A DNA stretch of 64,000 nt from the human T2T-CHM13v2.0 reference genome, Homo sapiens. Both the position numbers and the translations under genes were made by a program. Of the stretch, positions 41,784-54,885 are shown piece after piece; the stretch's first letter is position 1; the number at the start of each line of letters is the position of its first letter. The notes under the pieces are model-generated. The model searched no databases. It was not told where the DNA came from and saw nothing but the letters and a program-made list of their open reading frames with translations. The DNA lies in NCBI GenBank assembly GCA_009914755.4, contig CP068257.2, positions 17,120,001 through 17,184,000 on the forward strand, written 5' to 3'.

Positions 41784-44700
41784 TAAAATTCCTGATTGTT
41801 CACTGATAACAGGTTACTAAAAAGTTAGTTTCATTCTATGATTGGTTTGATGGTTTGACTCTTTCCAGGGAGCAATGATTTTGTTGAACACTCTTTGTCA
41901 GGTAGCTGCAATTGAAATAAATGCTTTTTAGGCATGAAGGTAATTTGAAAAGGCAAAGACATAATTTGAATACACATGTTAGGTGATTAAGCATGATTTT
42001 CATTGATGCAGTTGGTGGTATGAGCAGGATAAATAAATAGCAGATATAATATTATAAGGCCAAGACTTCTATAGGGAGGAGGCAGTCTCCTAGAATAAGA
42101 AGGTGAGGAACAACTTCTGACAGCATATGACTTTAGCTTGTCATTGAAATATTTGAGAAATGGATAGAAAGAGTCCCAAAAGGCAGACCTTTCATAAAGG
42201 ACATAATATAAGGAAAGACATTTTAATATCAGATAAATATGTAATCACAAATCAAGTGTTCCTTTAAATTGCAAAATCTTCATCATTCTTTTACTTGTCA
42301 TTATATTAAGGACTTTAACTTTGAATTACTAACCCTAACTCATCCAAATATTCCTATATACACAGGTAAACTTATTTCATTCTATTTCAATATGCCTAAA
42401 AGTAAATATTCAAACAAGTGAGCCAAAAAAAGAACAGAAAAAAAAAAAAGCTTTGATAATGATAGTTGAGCATTTTTCAATATAGGATATTATGTGGTAT
42501 CTGGGGAAGAAAATAAATTGTTGAAGTTTATAACATGTATTCTTAGCTAGTGGGAAAAATAAAATATATTAATATGTAATTTGCCTCTGTTTCTACAATA
42601 TATTTTTGTGTCAAAAGGTTGCTTTTTCAAATTATAATTATTGTTTTACCAATGTCCAAAATTGCCCACAGAGTAAGATACATTTATTTACAAAGCCAAC
42701 TTCTACATGAGAAATTGGTATTTATTTGAGCAACCCAGTGCATTAAGTGGAAAAAGTGTGCTTAAAGCTGGAGACTGTTATATGTTATTTAATGGAACAA
42801 ACACAGAGAAGTTATTATCATAGCAATTTACTTCCTTCAGGGCTTAGTAATTTGAAAGAAGATAAATGCATTTAGTAGTAGTGAAGGGGCTTAGAGAATA
42901 ATGAAAAAAGATTATTAAAAGGTCAAAGAGCAACAATGTTAGAAACATTATAATGATGAAGTAAATGAAAGAGTGAACAAACATACATATTTATTATATA
43001 AAAATAAAACTTATTTTGAAGAATGTCAAGGTCATAAATTTTATAAGGACAGCTTTATTTCTCATAAATGGCTGCAGCCTGCAGGGTGGCCATTCAGACA
43101 GGCTGGAAAGCACAGCCTTGGCTGGAAGCCAGTAACAGACACTTTGAGGGAGGGGCAAAGAGAATAGTAATTTATACTGAGCAAGTTTGCCAAATATACT
43201 TATTCAATAAGCTACAGGAGGAATTGTGAATATTTATGAAAAGAGATCTCTGCCCATGTGCAGTTCAGCTTCATACTCCTTCATGGTTCCCATGTACAAA
43301 AAACGGTGGCATTGGCATGATCTGTGGGTAGAGGTGTTGGATGTTTTGATATCAAAAGGTGAAGCAGAGGACACAAAAACCCTTACTGTGCATTCTCTCT
43401 AGACTGGCCAGAACCACTCTGTGGTTGGTAGTCTCTTATTAGACAAAAATAGAGGGGTGTCAGGTGGTTGATTGACGTTAGTGGTAGAGTCTTTTGAAAG
43501 GCCTGGTTTTTGTCAAGCACATAGGGAGAAAAACCTACTCATGGTTAGCAAGGGAAGGGGTTTAATGAAGTATGACTGACACCCATCCTATTGTAGCCAA
43601 GAATTCAGTTTTCAGGGTTACTCTGGGTTCCTCTTTGCAATGAGATAATCTGTTCAGTCAGTTGGGAGGCTTGGAATTTAATTTTTAGTTTACATTCTAT
43701 GGTCAAATATGTGGACCCTTAGATTTTCAAGGTATGTCCTCATTTGAATGATGCACATTAATAGAACTGTGGGATATGATGAGGTTTCTCTTCAAATAAC
43801 CCAATCAATCTTTTATTCTTTAATTCATAGTCCCTCCCACCGTTTTCCCTTTTTCTCCTTTTTTTCCTTTTTGCCTTTGTTAGATGCCCAGGCACGCCAC
43901 AGTACCAGGCATTATCAGTACCAGCTCACGTTCCTTTCCTTATTTAGAAAGAAAACTAACTTTCTAGCTCATTACAGACATCCCTTCCCCTTTCCTCTCT
44001 GCTTTCATTTACGTGCCCAACTTATCTAAAAAAAATCAAATGTTTAGCCAACCAGAATTAGTTTAGATTGTATGACCTGACCCCAGCCAATGGGGAAAGG
44101 GTACAGGGGCAGGACTTGCATCAGGAATAAAGGCTCTCGTGCCCATTTCTTCAGGTATGCTGTCCTGGCAACTGGCCAAGGAGGCACCCCTCTGCGCAAA
44201 AGTAAAATTGCTTTGCTAAGAATCCTTTGTTCGAGTGTTCAGTTTCCTTAAGATTTTGAGCGTTATTCCTAACAGAACCATCAAAAGTACGTGGGAACTG
44301 AGGGCATTAATTTGGGAAAAGAACGAGAAGATAGGGAGGAGAACAGTCACACCATAGGAAAAAAAATATGATCCTAGGGAAGTGCTGAACTTGACATAGT
44401 GATGGTCATACTGTTTCTGGATCACTATAGATTCTCCTTGACCTGAAAAAGATCTTTTTAGAGGCTACTTTCTTGGTCCCATGTTTGATTTGATATAGTT
44501 TCAGCTCAACGCATGCTCCAAGAAAGAAGTCAAAAGCAAATATTTGAGAAAAAATAGCTATTTTTAATAAAATTTGAAGATAGCTATACCAATATCAATT
44601 GATTGAATACCAATAACATAGAATAATAACTAACATTGCAGATTAAAGTCAAACCTTTATACCCACAAAGAGGTGATTCACAGAATGCAAGTTAAGTTTC

Positions 44701-45189
44701 CTCAATAAAATTTCAAGCACATTGTCATAAACTTTAACAATACTTGAGATAAAGATGGAGTTTTAAAGACAGAGAAAGAGAGGGAAAACATGAATTATGT
44801 AAGTTTTGGAATAAAATTGGCATCAGACTTCTCAATAGCAGCTGGGAGGCAATGGAGCAATGGCTACTGCCATTATGAGGAGAAAATGTCCAACCTGAGT
44901 TTGATAAACAGTTAAAATATAACACCGTTGTGGAAGAGAAGATAAAGACATTTTCAAATGTGATGTTTAAAATAATTTTCTCCCAATGCACTCAAACTGA
45001 GAAAAATAGAAAAGGGTGTGTTTAACCAAAAGAAGGACCAAATTTAAAAAGAAAAAAGAACAAGATGGAGGACACAGGGTATCTCACACAGGAAGGGAAT
45101 GACAGAAAATCACAAAAGTAAAGAAAAATCCCAGGGTGGCAGTTATCAAGAAAGCAGTGACTTCTTGAGCTGGGAAATGGAGGGAACAA

Positions 45190-45663
45190 AACAGTGTATA
45201 TGCATATGTCTATAGTAGCACAACTCACAAATGCAAAGATTTGGAACCATCCTAAATGCCTATCAACTAATGAGTGGATAAAGAACATGTGGTAGACATA
45301 CACCATGGAATACTACTCAGCCATTAAAAGGAATGAAATGTCTTTTGCAACAACTTGAATGGAGCTGGGGGCCATTATTCTAATTGAAGTAACACAGGAG
45401 TGGAAAACCAAAACCCATAAGTTCTCACTTATACATGGGGACTAAGTTATGAGTACAGAAAGGCATGCAGAGTGATATAATGGACTTTCGAGTCTCAGAA
45501 TGGGGAGGGTGAGAGAGGTACTAGTAATAAAAAACTACACGGTGTGTACAAGGTATACCACTTGGGTGATGGGTGCACTGAAACCTCAGAATTCACCATT
45601 ATGTAATTCATCTATGTAACCAAAAACCACTTGTACCCCAAAAGCTATGGAAATTTTTTTAAA
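45190..45663 (+). mobile_element. Older L1 (L1PB/L1MA-like) 3' end with short A-tail
   Basis: caaagatttggaaccatcctaaatgcctatcaactaatgagtggataaagaacatgtggtagacatacaccatggaatactactcagccattaaaaggaatgaaatgtcttttgcaacaacttgaatggagctgg...ctcacttatacatgggg...; resembles the ORF2-end/3'UTR of older L1 subfamilies; 5' boundary uncertain. Confidence 0.6.
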
Positions 45664-46988
45664 GGCAGTATATATGAAAGAATTGGCTCCTGAAAAACTG
45701 TATTGAGATGCTTGAGGATACATGGTAAAATATTTATTTACAAAGATAAAGGCAATCAAGTAGATGAAAAACATGGGTCTACTATCAGTGCTAGGAAGAA
45801 AAGTTGTACGAAGAAATAATAAAATGACATGGCCAGGGCAATGGCCAAAGTTTCACACTTACAAAAATGACACCTTGTATTGGAGAAGCAAATCTCATGA
45901 TGTATAACCACTTCATCCATCTGTTTAGTTTATCTGTAATAATTTCCATAAATTTGTTCTTTGGGAGAAGTTCTTCCCCGACTTCAAAGTGAAAAGTTAA
46001 CGAATCCCAGAATTGTTCAGGTCATGGTAAAAATAATAATAATAATAATTCTTATAATTCCAAAATCCTTCCTCCACCTTGATTCTCTTGATTTCTGTGC
46101 AATCTACTTGTGGGTTTTAGATCATTCTAGCAACTTCTGACACACCAACTTTTACATTTTTGCATTAATTTTTGTCAGCTCACTATAACATTTCATGTTA
46201 ATATTATGCTGGTTTCTTAATAAGTATTTCCAACTTAACATCGTGCTACAAATATAAATGCAGGTTTTTAATTAAACAACAGTTTTTACTGTGATATCAC
46301 TACATTAAAGAGACCCCTTGCCCCACAGTTGCCTTCTGTTTTATATAAAAAAAATAGATATCTATGACATGACTGCTGGTTCTTCTATTCTTGCTATCCT
46401 CTGTTGCCTATACCTACCTTCCTTTGACCTGGAAATTGCCTTTCTTTCCATACAACATTATTTCTCCTACATACAAGTGTCCCACTCACACCTCCCAAAT
46501 ATAAAGACATGTGGCAATACCCTCCATCTTAAAACAATAAAAATAAAAGAAATTTTTCCTCAAACTACGTTCTTCTCCATCGACTGTCTTATTTCTTCTT
46601 TTCACTGAAAACTTCATAAAAATCGATGGTCTCCACTCCTCTCATTCTATCCTCTCACTATTAACCCACTAGAGTAAAGCCTTTATCTCCATCACTCATG
46701 AGAAATTGTCTTATCAATGCTTCAGATGTCTTTCACATTGCCAGGTTAAATTCTTTGTATCTTCGCTGATCTATAAGTAACTTATGACATAGTACATCTC
46801 TCTCTTCTTGCCTTGATCCTCCCGATATCACTGTTACTCAGATTTTCTACTAATACAATGGTCATTCTGTTCACTCTTTTGCTGGATTATTATCATCTGT
46901 CATAACACAATTTTTTAGAATGTCTCAGAGATTAGCTCTGAGCCCTTCCTCTCTTTATTTCACTTGTTAGGTGGTGATATCTAACAGT

Positions 46989-47026
46989 ACACACACACAT
47001 GCATGCACACACACACACACACACAA
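46989..47026. repeat. (CA)n-type microsatellite, interrupted
   Basis: acacacacatgcatgcacacacacacacacacacaca. Confidence 0.8.
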
Positions 47027-47655
47027 TCTCTTATAACTTCCCTCTTCTGAATATTGGACCTAAAAAATCCAACTGCGTACTTGAACGTCTATGATTATAT
47101 GAAAATTAACATGTCTAAAATAAAATTACCCTTCCCCCAGTAGCTCTTCCCATTTATGTCAATTTCAGTATCTGAAGAACATTTACTCTAAGTATTAAGG
47201 GGATCTTTTTATGCTCTCTTCTTAAGCATTTTCCAAATATGACGTAGTGACCCCGTCCTTCACTAATGCCACCCTGGGTCAACCTCCGAGCATCTCTCAA
47301 CTAAAAAAATTTAGTGGCCTCTTAACTGGTCTTTCTGCCATCCCCTTTAAGACAAAATGAATAGTAAATATATTAAATAAGTACATTACACACTTGGTTA
47401 CAACCCAATTGTTGCTACAGAAAAAGAAAAAGAAAAAATGAATAAAGAAAGTAAAAAGGATTGTGAATGCCAGATTGTGTATGGGCGTATTTTAGTAAAG
47501 TGGCAATAGAAAGTGGTCAAGATAGGCATTGACAAGAGAAAGAAGAGTCTTCCAGGCAGTAGCTAGTCCAAGCGGAATAGAGTAAATGAGGAGGAAATTA
47601 CTAGAGGAGAATGTCCAAGGTAAAAGAGGACTCCATTATTTACTGAATTCACTTG

Positions 47656-48040
47656 TGTGTTAGGCTGTTCTTACATTGCTATAAAGAATTACCTGAGACT
47701 GGGTAATTTATAAAGAAGAGAGGTTTAATTGGCTTATGGTTCTGCAAGTTCCACAGAGAGCATGGTGCTTCCATCTGCTCAGCTTCTAGGAAGACTTCAG
47801 GAAACTTACAATCATGGCAGAAAGCAAAAAAAAGAGCAGGTAGGTCACATGGAGAAAACAGGAGCAAGAGAATGGGGGTGTAGGTGCTACACCCTTCTAA
47901 ACCACCAGATTTCATTAGAACTCATTCACTATCACAAAAACAGCACGAAAGTGATAATGCTAAACCATTCATGAGAAATCTGACCCCATAATCCAAACAC
48001 CTCCCACCAGGCCCCACTTTCAACGTTGGGGATTATAATT
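47656..48040 (-). mobile_element. MaLR LTR (MST/THE1-type), antisense; terminal about 45 bp missing at the junction with the adjacent ERV fragment (the 3' LTR of a composite element ending at 51014)
   Basis: tgtgttaggctgttcttacattgctataaagaattacctgagactgggtaatttataaagaagagaggtttaattggcttatggttctgcaag...cacctcccaccaggccccactttcaacgttggggattataattacccc then unrelated sequence. Confidence 0.75.
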
Positions 48041-48640
48041 ACCCCTAGTGACCCACTAGCAAAATTTTTGCTTTCTGTTCCTGTGACATTACGTCCTGCT
48101 GGCCTAGAGGTCTTAGTTCCAGAGGGAGGAACTCTGCCACCAGGAGACACAACAACAATTCCATTAAACTGGAAGTTCAGATTACCACCTGGACACTTTG
48201 GTCTCCTTTTACTTTTACGTCAACAGGCTAGGAAGGGAGTAAAGTGTTGGCTGGGGTAAGTGACCTGGACTGTCAAGATAAAATCAATCTACTACTCCAC
48301 ATTGGAGGTAAGGAAGAGCATGCATGGAATAAAGGAGATCCATTAGGGCGTCTCTTAATATTACCATGCCCTGTGATTAAGGTCAATGGGAAACTACAAC
48401 AGCTCAATCCAGGGAGGACTACAAATGGCCCAGACCCTTCAGAAATGAAGGTTTGTGTGGCTCCACCGGGAAAAAACCCACGACCTGCCAAGGTGCTTGC
48501 TGAAGACAAAGGAAATACAGAATGAGTAGTAGAAGAAGGTAGTCACAAATATGAGCCATGACCATGTGACCAGCTGCAGAAACAAGGACTGTAATTGTCA
48601 TGAGTGTTTCCTCCTTTTTTGCTGTTAAAAACATGTTTGT
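48041..48640 (+). mobile_element. Endogenous retrovirus internal fragment carrying a degraded dUTPase domain (ERVL-like pol 3' region)
   Basis: Frameshifted ORFs 48026..48259 (..PAGLEVLVPEGGTLPPGDTTTIPLNWKFRLPPGHFGLLLLLRQQARKGVKCWLG) and 48244..48525 (..DLDCQDKINLLLHIGGKEEHAWNKGDPLGRLLILPCPVIKVNGKLQQ) together reproduce dUTPase motifs (AGxD-like; G-V-I/S-D-x-D-Y-x-G; RLxxLP) typical of retroviral dUTPases. Confidence 0.55.
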
Positions 48641-48905
48641 GCATGTATACACTTGTACTAAGAAAATATCTTTATTCTATTTCATTTTTTAATCATGTGA
48701 CATAATATTTATTGACTTCATATCGGCATTTAAGTATTCTTAACTTTATGTAATAGCATTTGGGTTGGGGATTGATGCATTTCCGATTGTACAAAAGATA
48801 CTCATATTATGTTAAGTGTAATTATGACCTTATTATTGTCTTTATTTGGAGATTATGTATAATCTCAGGAGATGTATATGGGTTCAAGTTGACCATGGGT
48901 GGACT

Positions 48906-49357
48906 TGTAATGGTTAATACTGAGTGTCAACTTGATTGGATTGAATAATACAAAGTATTGATCCTGGGTGTGTTTGTGAGGGTGTTGTCAAAGGAGATTA
49001 ACATTTGAGTCAGTGGGCTGGGAAAGGAAGACCCACTCTTAATCTGGGTTGGCATGATCTAATCATCTGTCAGCACGACCTGAATATAAAGCAGGCAGAA
49101 AAATGTGAAAAGGCTAGACTGGCTTAGCCTCCCAGCCTACATCTTTCTCCCATGCTGGATGCTTCCTGCCCTCAAACATCAGGCTCCATGTTTTTCAGCT
49201 TTGGGACTCACAGTGGCTTCCTTGCTCCTCAGTTTACAGACAGCCTATTGTGGGACCTTGTGATTGTGTGAGTTAATACTACTTAATAAACTCCCATATG
49301 TAGGTGTGTGTATATGTCTTATTAGTTCTATCCCTCTAGAGAACCCTGACTGATACA
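48906..49357 (+). mobile_element. ERVL-type LTR (MLT2-like)
   Basis: tgtaatggttaatactgagtgtcaacttgattggattgaa...gattaacatttgagtcagtgggctgggaaaggaagacccactcttaatctgggttggcatgatctaatcatctgtcag...cttagcctcccagcctacatctttctcccatgctggatgcttcctgccctcaaacatcaggctcc...tgtgggaccttgtgattgtgtgagttaatactacttaataaactccc...gaaccctgactgataca; classic ERVL LTR organisation as remembered. Confidence 0.5.
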
Positions 49358-50577
49358 CCTGCTCTAACAGGCTGTTGAATGCCCATGGCTTTTCCAGGTG
49401 CAGGGCATAAGCTGCCAGTGGATATACTATTATTGGGTCTACAAGGTGATGGCCCACTTCTCACAGCTCCATTAGGCAGTGTTCCGGTGAAGGCTCTGTG
49501 TGGGGACTTGAACCCTTCATTTTCCCTTGATACTACCCTAGAAGTTATCTGTGGGGGTTCTGTTTCTGAAGTAGGCTTCTGCCTGGACACCCAGGCTTTT
49601 CATACATCCTTGGAAATCTACGCAGAAGGTGCCAAGACTTATTCATTCTTACACTCTGTGCACTTGCAGGCTTAACAGTACATAGAAGACACCAAGGCTT
49701 ATGGCAGTTTGTACTTTCCTGAGCAGCAACATGAAGAGTATGTGGGAGGTTTTGAGCCAAGGCTGGAGCCGGAGTTGCCTAGACGTGGGGAACAGTATTT
49801 CAAGACTACACAGGGCAGCAAAGCCCTGGGCCTGGCCATGGAAACCATTGTTTCCTACTAGGCCTCAGGACTTGTCATGGAAGGGGCTGCCATGAAGTCT
49901 CTGAAATGCTTTCCAAGCATCCTCCTCATTGTCTTGGCTATCAGCACTTGGCTCCCTTTTTAGTCATGCATACTTCTCTAGCAAGTCGTTTCTTCACAGC
50001 CTGCCTGAATTCCTCTCCCCAGAAAGGTTTTTTTCTTCCTCTGCCACATGGCCAGGCTGCAAATTTTGAAAACTTTTGTTGTCTGCTTCCCTTTTAAATA
50101 TAGGTTCTAACTTTAAGTCATTCCTTTGTTCCTAAATCTGAGCATAGGTTGTTAGAAGCTGCCAGGCCACATTTTGAATGCTTTTCTGCTTAGAAATTTC
50201 CTCCACCAGGTACCCTAAATCATCCCCATGAAGTTCAAACTTCCAAAGATCCTCAGGGCATGAACAGAATGCATCCAGGGTTTTTACTAAGGTATAACAC
50301 ACATGACTTTTGCTCCAGCTCTCAATAAGTTATTTCTATCTGAGACCTCAGCAGCCTGGAATTCGGTCTCCGTATCACTATAAGTATTTTGATCACAACC
50401 ATTTAACCAGTCTCTAAGACATTTCTAACTTTTCCTCATCTTCCTGTCTTCTTCAAAGCTCTCCAAACTCTTTCAAACATAGCTCATTACCCAGTTCCAA
50501 AGCTGCTTCCACATTTTCAGATATCTTTATAGCAAAGGCTCGATCCTCAATACCAATTTTCTTTACTAGACTGCTCT
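49358..50577 (-). mobile_element. MaLR internal sequence (MST/MLT1-int), antisense
   Basis: Homologous to the internal region of the element at 2179-3882 (e.g. tgaatgcttttctgcttagaaatttcctccaccaggtaccc vs tgaatgctttgctgcttagacatttcttctgccagatatcc; cattacccagttccaaagctgcttccacattttcagatatc vs cactacccagttccaaaaccacttgcaagtattcaggtat). Confidence 0.65.
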
Positions 50578-51014
50578 TGTATTTCTATGAAGAAATATCT
50601 GAGAGAGGGTAATTTATAAAGAAAAGAGGTTTAATTGGCTCCCAGTACTGCAGGATTTACAGAAATAATGATACTGGCATCTGCCTGGCTTCTTGGGAGG
50701 TCTCAGGCAACTTACAATCACGGTAGAAGGTGAAGAGAGAGCAGGCATGCCACTTGGTGAAAGCAGGAGCGTGAGAGAGACAGTGGGTGCGGTGCAGGGC
50801 AGGGCTAGGGAGAAGTGCCACAAACACTTTTAAATCAGCAGATCTCATGATAACCCACTCAGTATTTTGAGAATAGCACCAGGGCGGTGGTGCTAAAACA
50901 TTCATGAGAAACTCACCCCCATGATCCAATCACTTCTACCAGGCCCCACCTCCAACACTGAGGATTATAATTCATCATGAGACCTTAGGTGGGGACAAAT
51001 ATACAAATTGTATC
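50578..51014 (-). mobile_element. MaLR LTR (MST-type), antisense (5' LTR of the composite antisense element 47656-51014)
   Basis: tgtatttctatgaagaaatatctgagagagggtaatttataaagaaaagaggtttaattggctcccagtactgcaggatttacag...caatcacttctaccaggccccacctccaacactgaggattataattcatcatgagaccttaggtggggacaaatatacaaattgtatca. Confidence 0.8.
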
Positions 51015-52002
51015 AATATGTTATGCCACAATTATCATATAATTATTTCCATGATTTATGCCACATTAAGATATTTGATTTTTACTCTGAGTGAAATGGG
51101 GAGACCTTGAAGAATTATGAGCATAGACTGGCCCATTTTAAATTTAGTTTCAAATCAGTCATTCTAGATGATCTGATGAGAATTGTCTAACAACATGGGA
51201 AAGCTAAATAAAGAAAGACGACTTGGGAGTGTGTTCACAGCAGTTCAAGATGACTAGTAACTCAAAAAAGGTGCCAACTGAGGAAGTGAGGAGGGGTTAG
51301 CCATTGGGTACATGTCCTGACATACTGGATACTGGACGTGAGAGAAATGATAGGTCAAGTTATGATTCCAAAGATCTTGCTCAGCAACTTGAAGAGTAAG
51401 CTGCTATCCATGGATAGTGGCAGGCTGCAGGTGAAGCAGGTTTATGAGGGGATATCAGAATTCAATTTTGGTTGTGTCTGAAATGTCTATCTGACATCTA
51501 AATTTGAGAAGACAGTTGGATATGTGAGTTTAAGATTTCTGTTACACATTCAAATTGAGGAGGCAGTTGGACATGTGGAAATCAAGAGAGAGTTCTGACT
51601 TAGAGAGATTAATTCAGTAGTCTTCAGCATATGGCCTGTATTCAAAATCATGAGGATGGAATACATTATCAAGGGAATAAGTATTAATTCAAAAGGAAAG
51701 AGAAAGTGGACCAAATAATTGAAGAGTACTGAAAAAGAATTGACAAAAATAAATGGGCAGGACTTGGGGAAGTGACAGAGAAATCAGCAGTAGAGGCTAA
51801 GAAGTGACCAGTGATCTTGGGAGAAAATCAAGACATTGTGGTACTCTACAAGCCTAGTGGAAAAAAAAATAGTAACAAAGAGAAGAGAGCAACGGAATGT
51901 GTTACTTAATCTTAACATATCAGGTAAAATATCTACTAAATGAATGTTTCAAAGATAGGTTACAAACGGAAGAATTGGAAACCGGATGCAAAAATAGATC
52001 GA

Positions 52003-52659
52003 TGTGGTTTAATCTCACCTCAAATTGTAATCCCCATGTGTCAAGGGAGGGACTTGTAATCTCCACATGTCAAGGGAAGGAGGGGATTGCATCATGTGGG
52101 CGGTTTCCCCCACGCTTTTCTTGTGATGGTGAGTGAGTTCTCATGAGATATGATGGTTTCATAAGTGTTTGACAGTTCCTTTTTCACATGCTTTCTCTCC
52201 TGCTGCCTTATGAAGAAGGTGCCTGCTTCCTTTTCTACCATGATTGTTAAGTTTCCTGAGGTCTCCCAGCCATGCAGAACTATCAGTCAATTAAAACTCT
52301 TTCCTTGATAAATTACCCAGTCTTGGCTATTTCTTTTTTCTTTCTTTCTTTTTTTCTAAGACAGAGTCTCTCTTTGCATTCCAGGCTGGAGTGCAGTCTG
52401 TCTCCCTGTCTCCCGAAATCAAGTGATTCTCCTGCCTCAGACTCCCAAGTACCTGGGATTACAGTTGTCCACTACCTGGCCTGGCCAATTTTTGTATTTT
52501 TATAGAGACAGAGTTTCACCATTTTGGTCAGGCTGGTCGCAAAGTCCTGACCTTAAGTGATCCACCCACCTTGGCCTCCCAGAGTGCTGGAATTACAGAC
52601 TTGAGCCTGTATTGGGCCTCGGGTATTTCTTAATAGCAGTGTGAAAATGTACTAATACA
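52003..52659 (+). mobile_element. MaLR LTR (MST/MLT1-type), sense, split by an Alu insertion (LTR parts 52003-52334 and 52608-52659); contains a 24-bp internal tandem repeat (gtaatc(c/t)cca(t/c)(g/a)tgtcaaggga(g/a)gg x2 near 52026-52080)
   Basis: gatgtggtttaatctcacctcaaattgtaatccccatgtgtcaagggagg...ccagccatgcagaactatcagtcaattaaaactctttccttgataaattacccagtcttggctatttct[Alu]...cgggtatttcttaatagcagtgtgaaaatgtactaataca. Confidence 0.7.
52335..52607 (-). mobile_element. Alu element (older, AluJ-like), antisense, inserted in a MaLR LTR
   Basis: tttttctttctttctttttttctaagacagagtctctctttgcattccaggctggagtgcagtctgtctccctgtctcccgaaatcaagtgattctcctgcctcagactcccaagtacctgggattacag...cctcccagagtgctggaattacagacttgagcc. 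Confidence 0.85.
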
Positions 52660-54799
52660 CAGATATTCCAAAGAGTTTTACTACAAAGAAAGCAAGGACT
52701 GGGGCAGTAGCTAGAAGAAGAAATAGAATCAGCAGAAGTGTTATTATTGTAGTTGGTATTCTATTCACTTTTAAAATTGAAGAAATAACAGTTTATTTGG
52801 ATGTTTATAGGAATAATTCAATAGACAGCAAAATTTATGATGTATGACAGAAAAAGAAGAGTTGCCAGGGAAGTGCCCTGAGCAAGTAAGAAGTAATAAG
52901 TTAGTACTTAAGTGGAAGGATGTACTTTGTGTAAGAGCAAGGAAATGTCATCTGCTACAGCAAGTGGGAAAAAAGAGTATGTGAAAGACACTGCTGATTA
53001 ATTTCAATTTTCTAGTAAAGCAGGAAACAAGTAGGAAGCAAGGTCATATGGTATGACTGTTAGAGGAAGGGCTGGGAGTCACTGGGAGGATAAATAGTCT
53101 GCCTCTTGCCTGGCAGTACCGAGAGCCCTCCAAAGCCCGAAGTGATCTGGTCCCTAATATCTCTCTAACATTGTGCTCTATGACTTGCCTTCTCAATATG
53201 TAGGCCTGGCTGTCTTGGTTCCTTAGCCATTTCTAGGAAATGCCAAGCACACTCCTGCCTTAAAAAATGTCAAACTTTTGCTCCTTCTGCCTAGTATACT
53301 TTCTCCTGATCTCCACATAGACTCTTCCTCACTTCATAAAGCCTCTGTTCAAATGCAAGTCTTTGCCTAAACAACCACCTTGTTATTCTGTATTCTCTTA
53401 TCCTACTTTATTTTTCTTTTAGCACATATCAATACTTGACTCATTTATTTGATTATTTATTGCCTGCCTTTTCCCGATAGAATTGTATTTCCATGACACT
53501 AATCTTAGGTCCTAGAAAATGACTGGTAGATAGTAGGTGGTCAATAATGAACTCTGTTGAATAGATGAATAAATGTATGAAACAGTGAATGAGTAAATGG
53601 TTACTAGGGAAAGAGAACAGAGAAAAGTGGGGTGTGTAGCAGAGCTAAATTTCTATATACTGTAATGGAAAGTGCACAATCGGTAGTATCTGAGTCACTT
53701 ATTTAAGAGACATGGTCTTTAAACAATTGAAGTTAAATCACAGTAGGAACAGATAAAGTATCAAAAATATTTGCCTTTGGGGAGGTGTTGGCATGAGAAA
53801 GGGCACATACTTATCTTTGGTTATAGCCTTTTAACATTGTTTGATTTTTTCAAACTTTGAGTTCATAACATTGATAAGCACTAAAAACATATTATTGTAA
53901 AAGGCCAGTTTGAATGCAATGATGCATTTTACAGCCATTTCTGCCATCTAAAGTTGTATGATCTAAGCTTTTTGCTGCCCCCACAGAAGCAACCATCTGA
54001 ACAAACTGAAGCTTGAACGCCCCATAGTTCAACAGAATTAATGGTAGATTCCTTTCAACTTTGCTCTCTTTTTCCATATTACAGTCACCTTCACTAGCAG
54101 GTTGCAAATAGTCATGCAATAATGTCTATTTTATTTCATTTCAAAGAGCTCTGTTTAATGCATTTGTTGTACTTTTGAATATGACTAAATCCCAATTCAT
54201 TCTTCCACAGGCAGGAGATGTGAAGGCAGATTGTCTGAATATCAAGATGCTGTCCTAAATTATATGAGGTATAGATGCATAGTGGCATGCAAATTATTTT
54301 ACATCTCTGTACTTTAGTTTCTTTCTTCATTGTTAAAATGAGAATATCTATACTTTAGGCCTCTGTGGGTGAAAGAAATTGAATATGTACAATATTTACA
54401 ATATTACCTGGTACATAGTACACAGTAAATACGAAACACATCATAGTAATTATTATTATTATAAATACTATTTCAAGCTGTATCCAAATGGCTAGATGCG
54501 CTTGCATTCTGCTCTTCAGATATATAATCAGTAAGACAATGATGAAAGTGGATGCAAGAACACCATGTATTCAGCAGACAGATTAGAGTTTAATCAAGAG
54601 TGTTTCTTAAGTTCATCATATAAAACAAAATGAAAATCTGTGGATTCTACTGAAAATGAAAACTGAATATTAAAATTATCTCTAAACTGAGTTTAAAATG
54701 TTAACTTTGAAAATAGTGAGCTGAAAATGCTAAGAAATCATCATTAAAAACTAAGGGCTTTTTTGTTTCATTTATTCGAATTCTTTCTACCTGCATTTG

Positions 54800-54885
54800 T
54801 GAGTGTGTGTATGTGTGTGCACGTGTGTGTATGTGTATGTTGTGCATGTGTGTATATATGTGTGTGTATGTGCAGTTGGAGCCAA
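54800..54885. repeat. Imperfect (TG)n / GT-rich microsatellite
   Basis: tgtgagtgtgtgtatgtgtgtgcacgtgtgtgtatgtgtatgttgtgcatgtgtgtatatatgtgtgtgtatgtgc. Confidence 0.8.

Noticed and set aside
43750-44220. Possible additional LTR fragment (..ccaatggggaaagggtacaggggcaggacttgcatcaggaataaaggctctcgtgcccatttcttcagg..)
   Set aside because: It is moderately GC-rich and has an AATAAA-like motif, but I could not match it to any consensus from memory or find a partner LTR. I left it unannotated.
48026-48525. Possible intact dUTPase gene
   Set aside because: dUTPase motifs are present but split across two overlapping frames with a frameshift and premature stops. The domain is truncated at both ends, so it is a retroviral pseudogene fragment.
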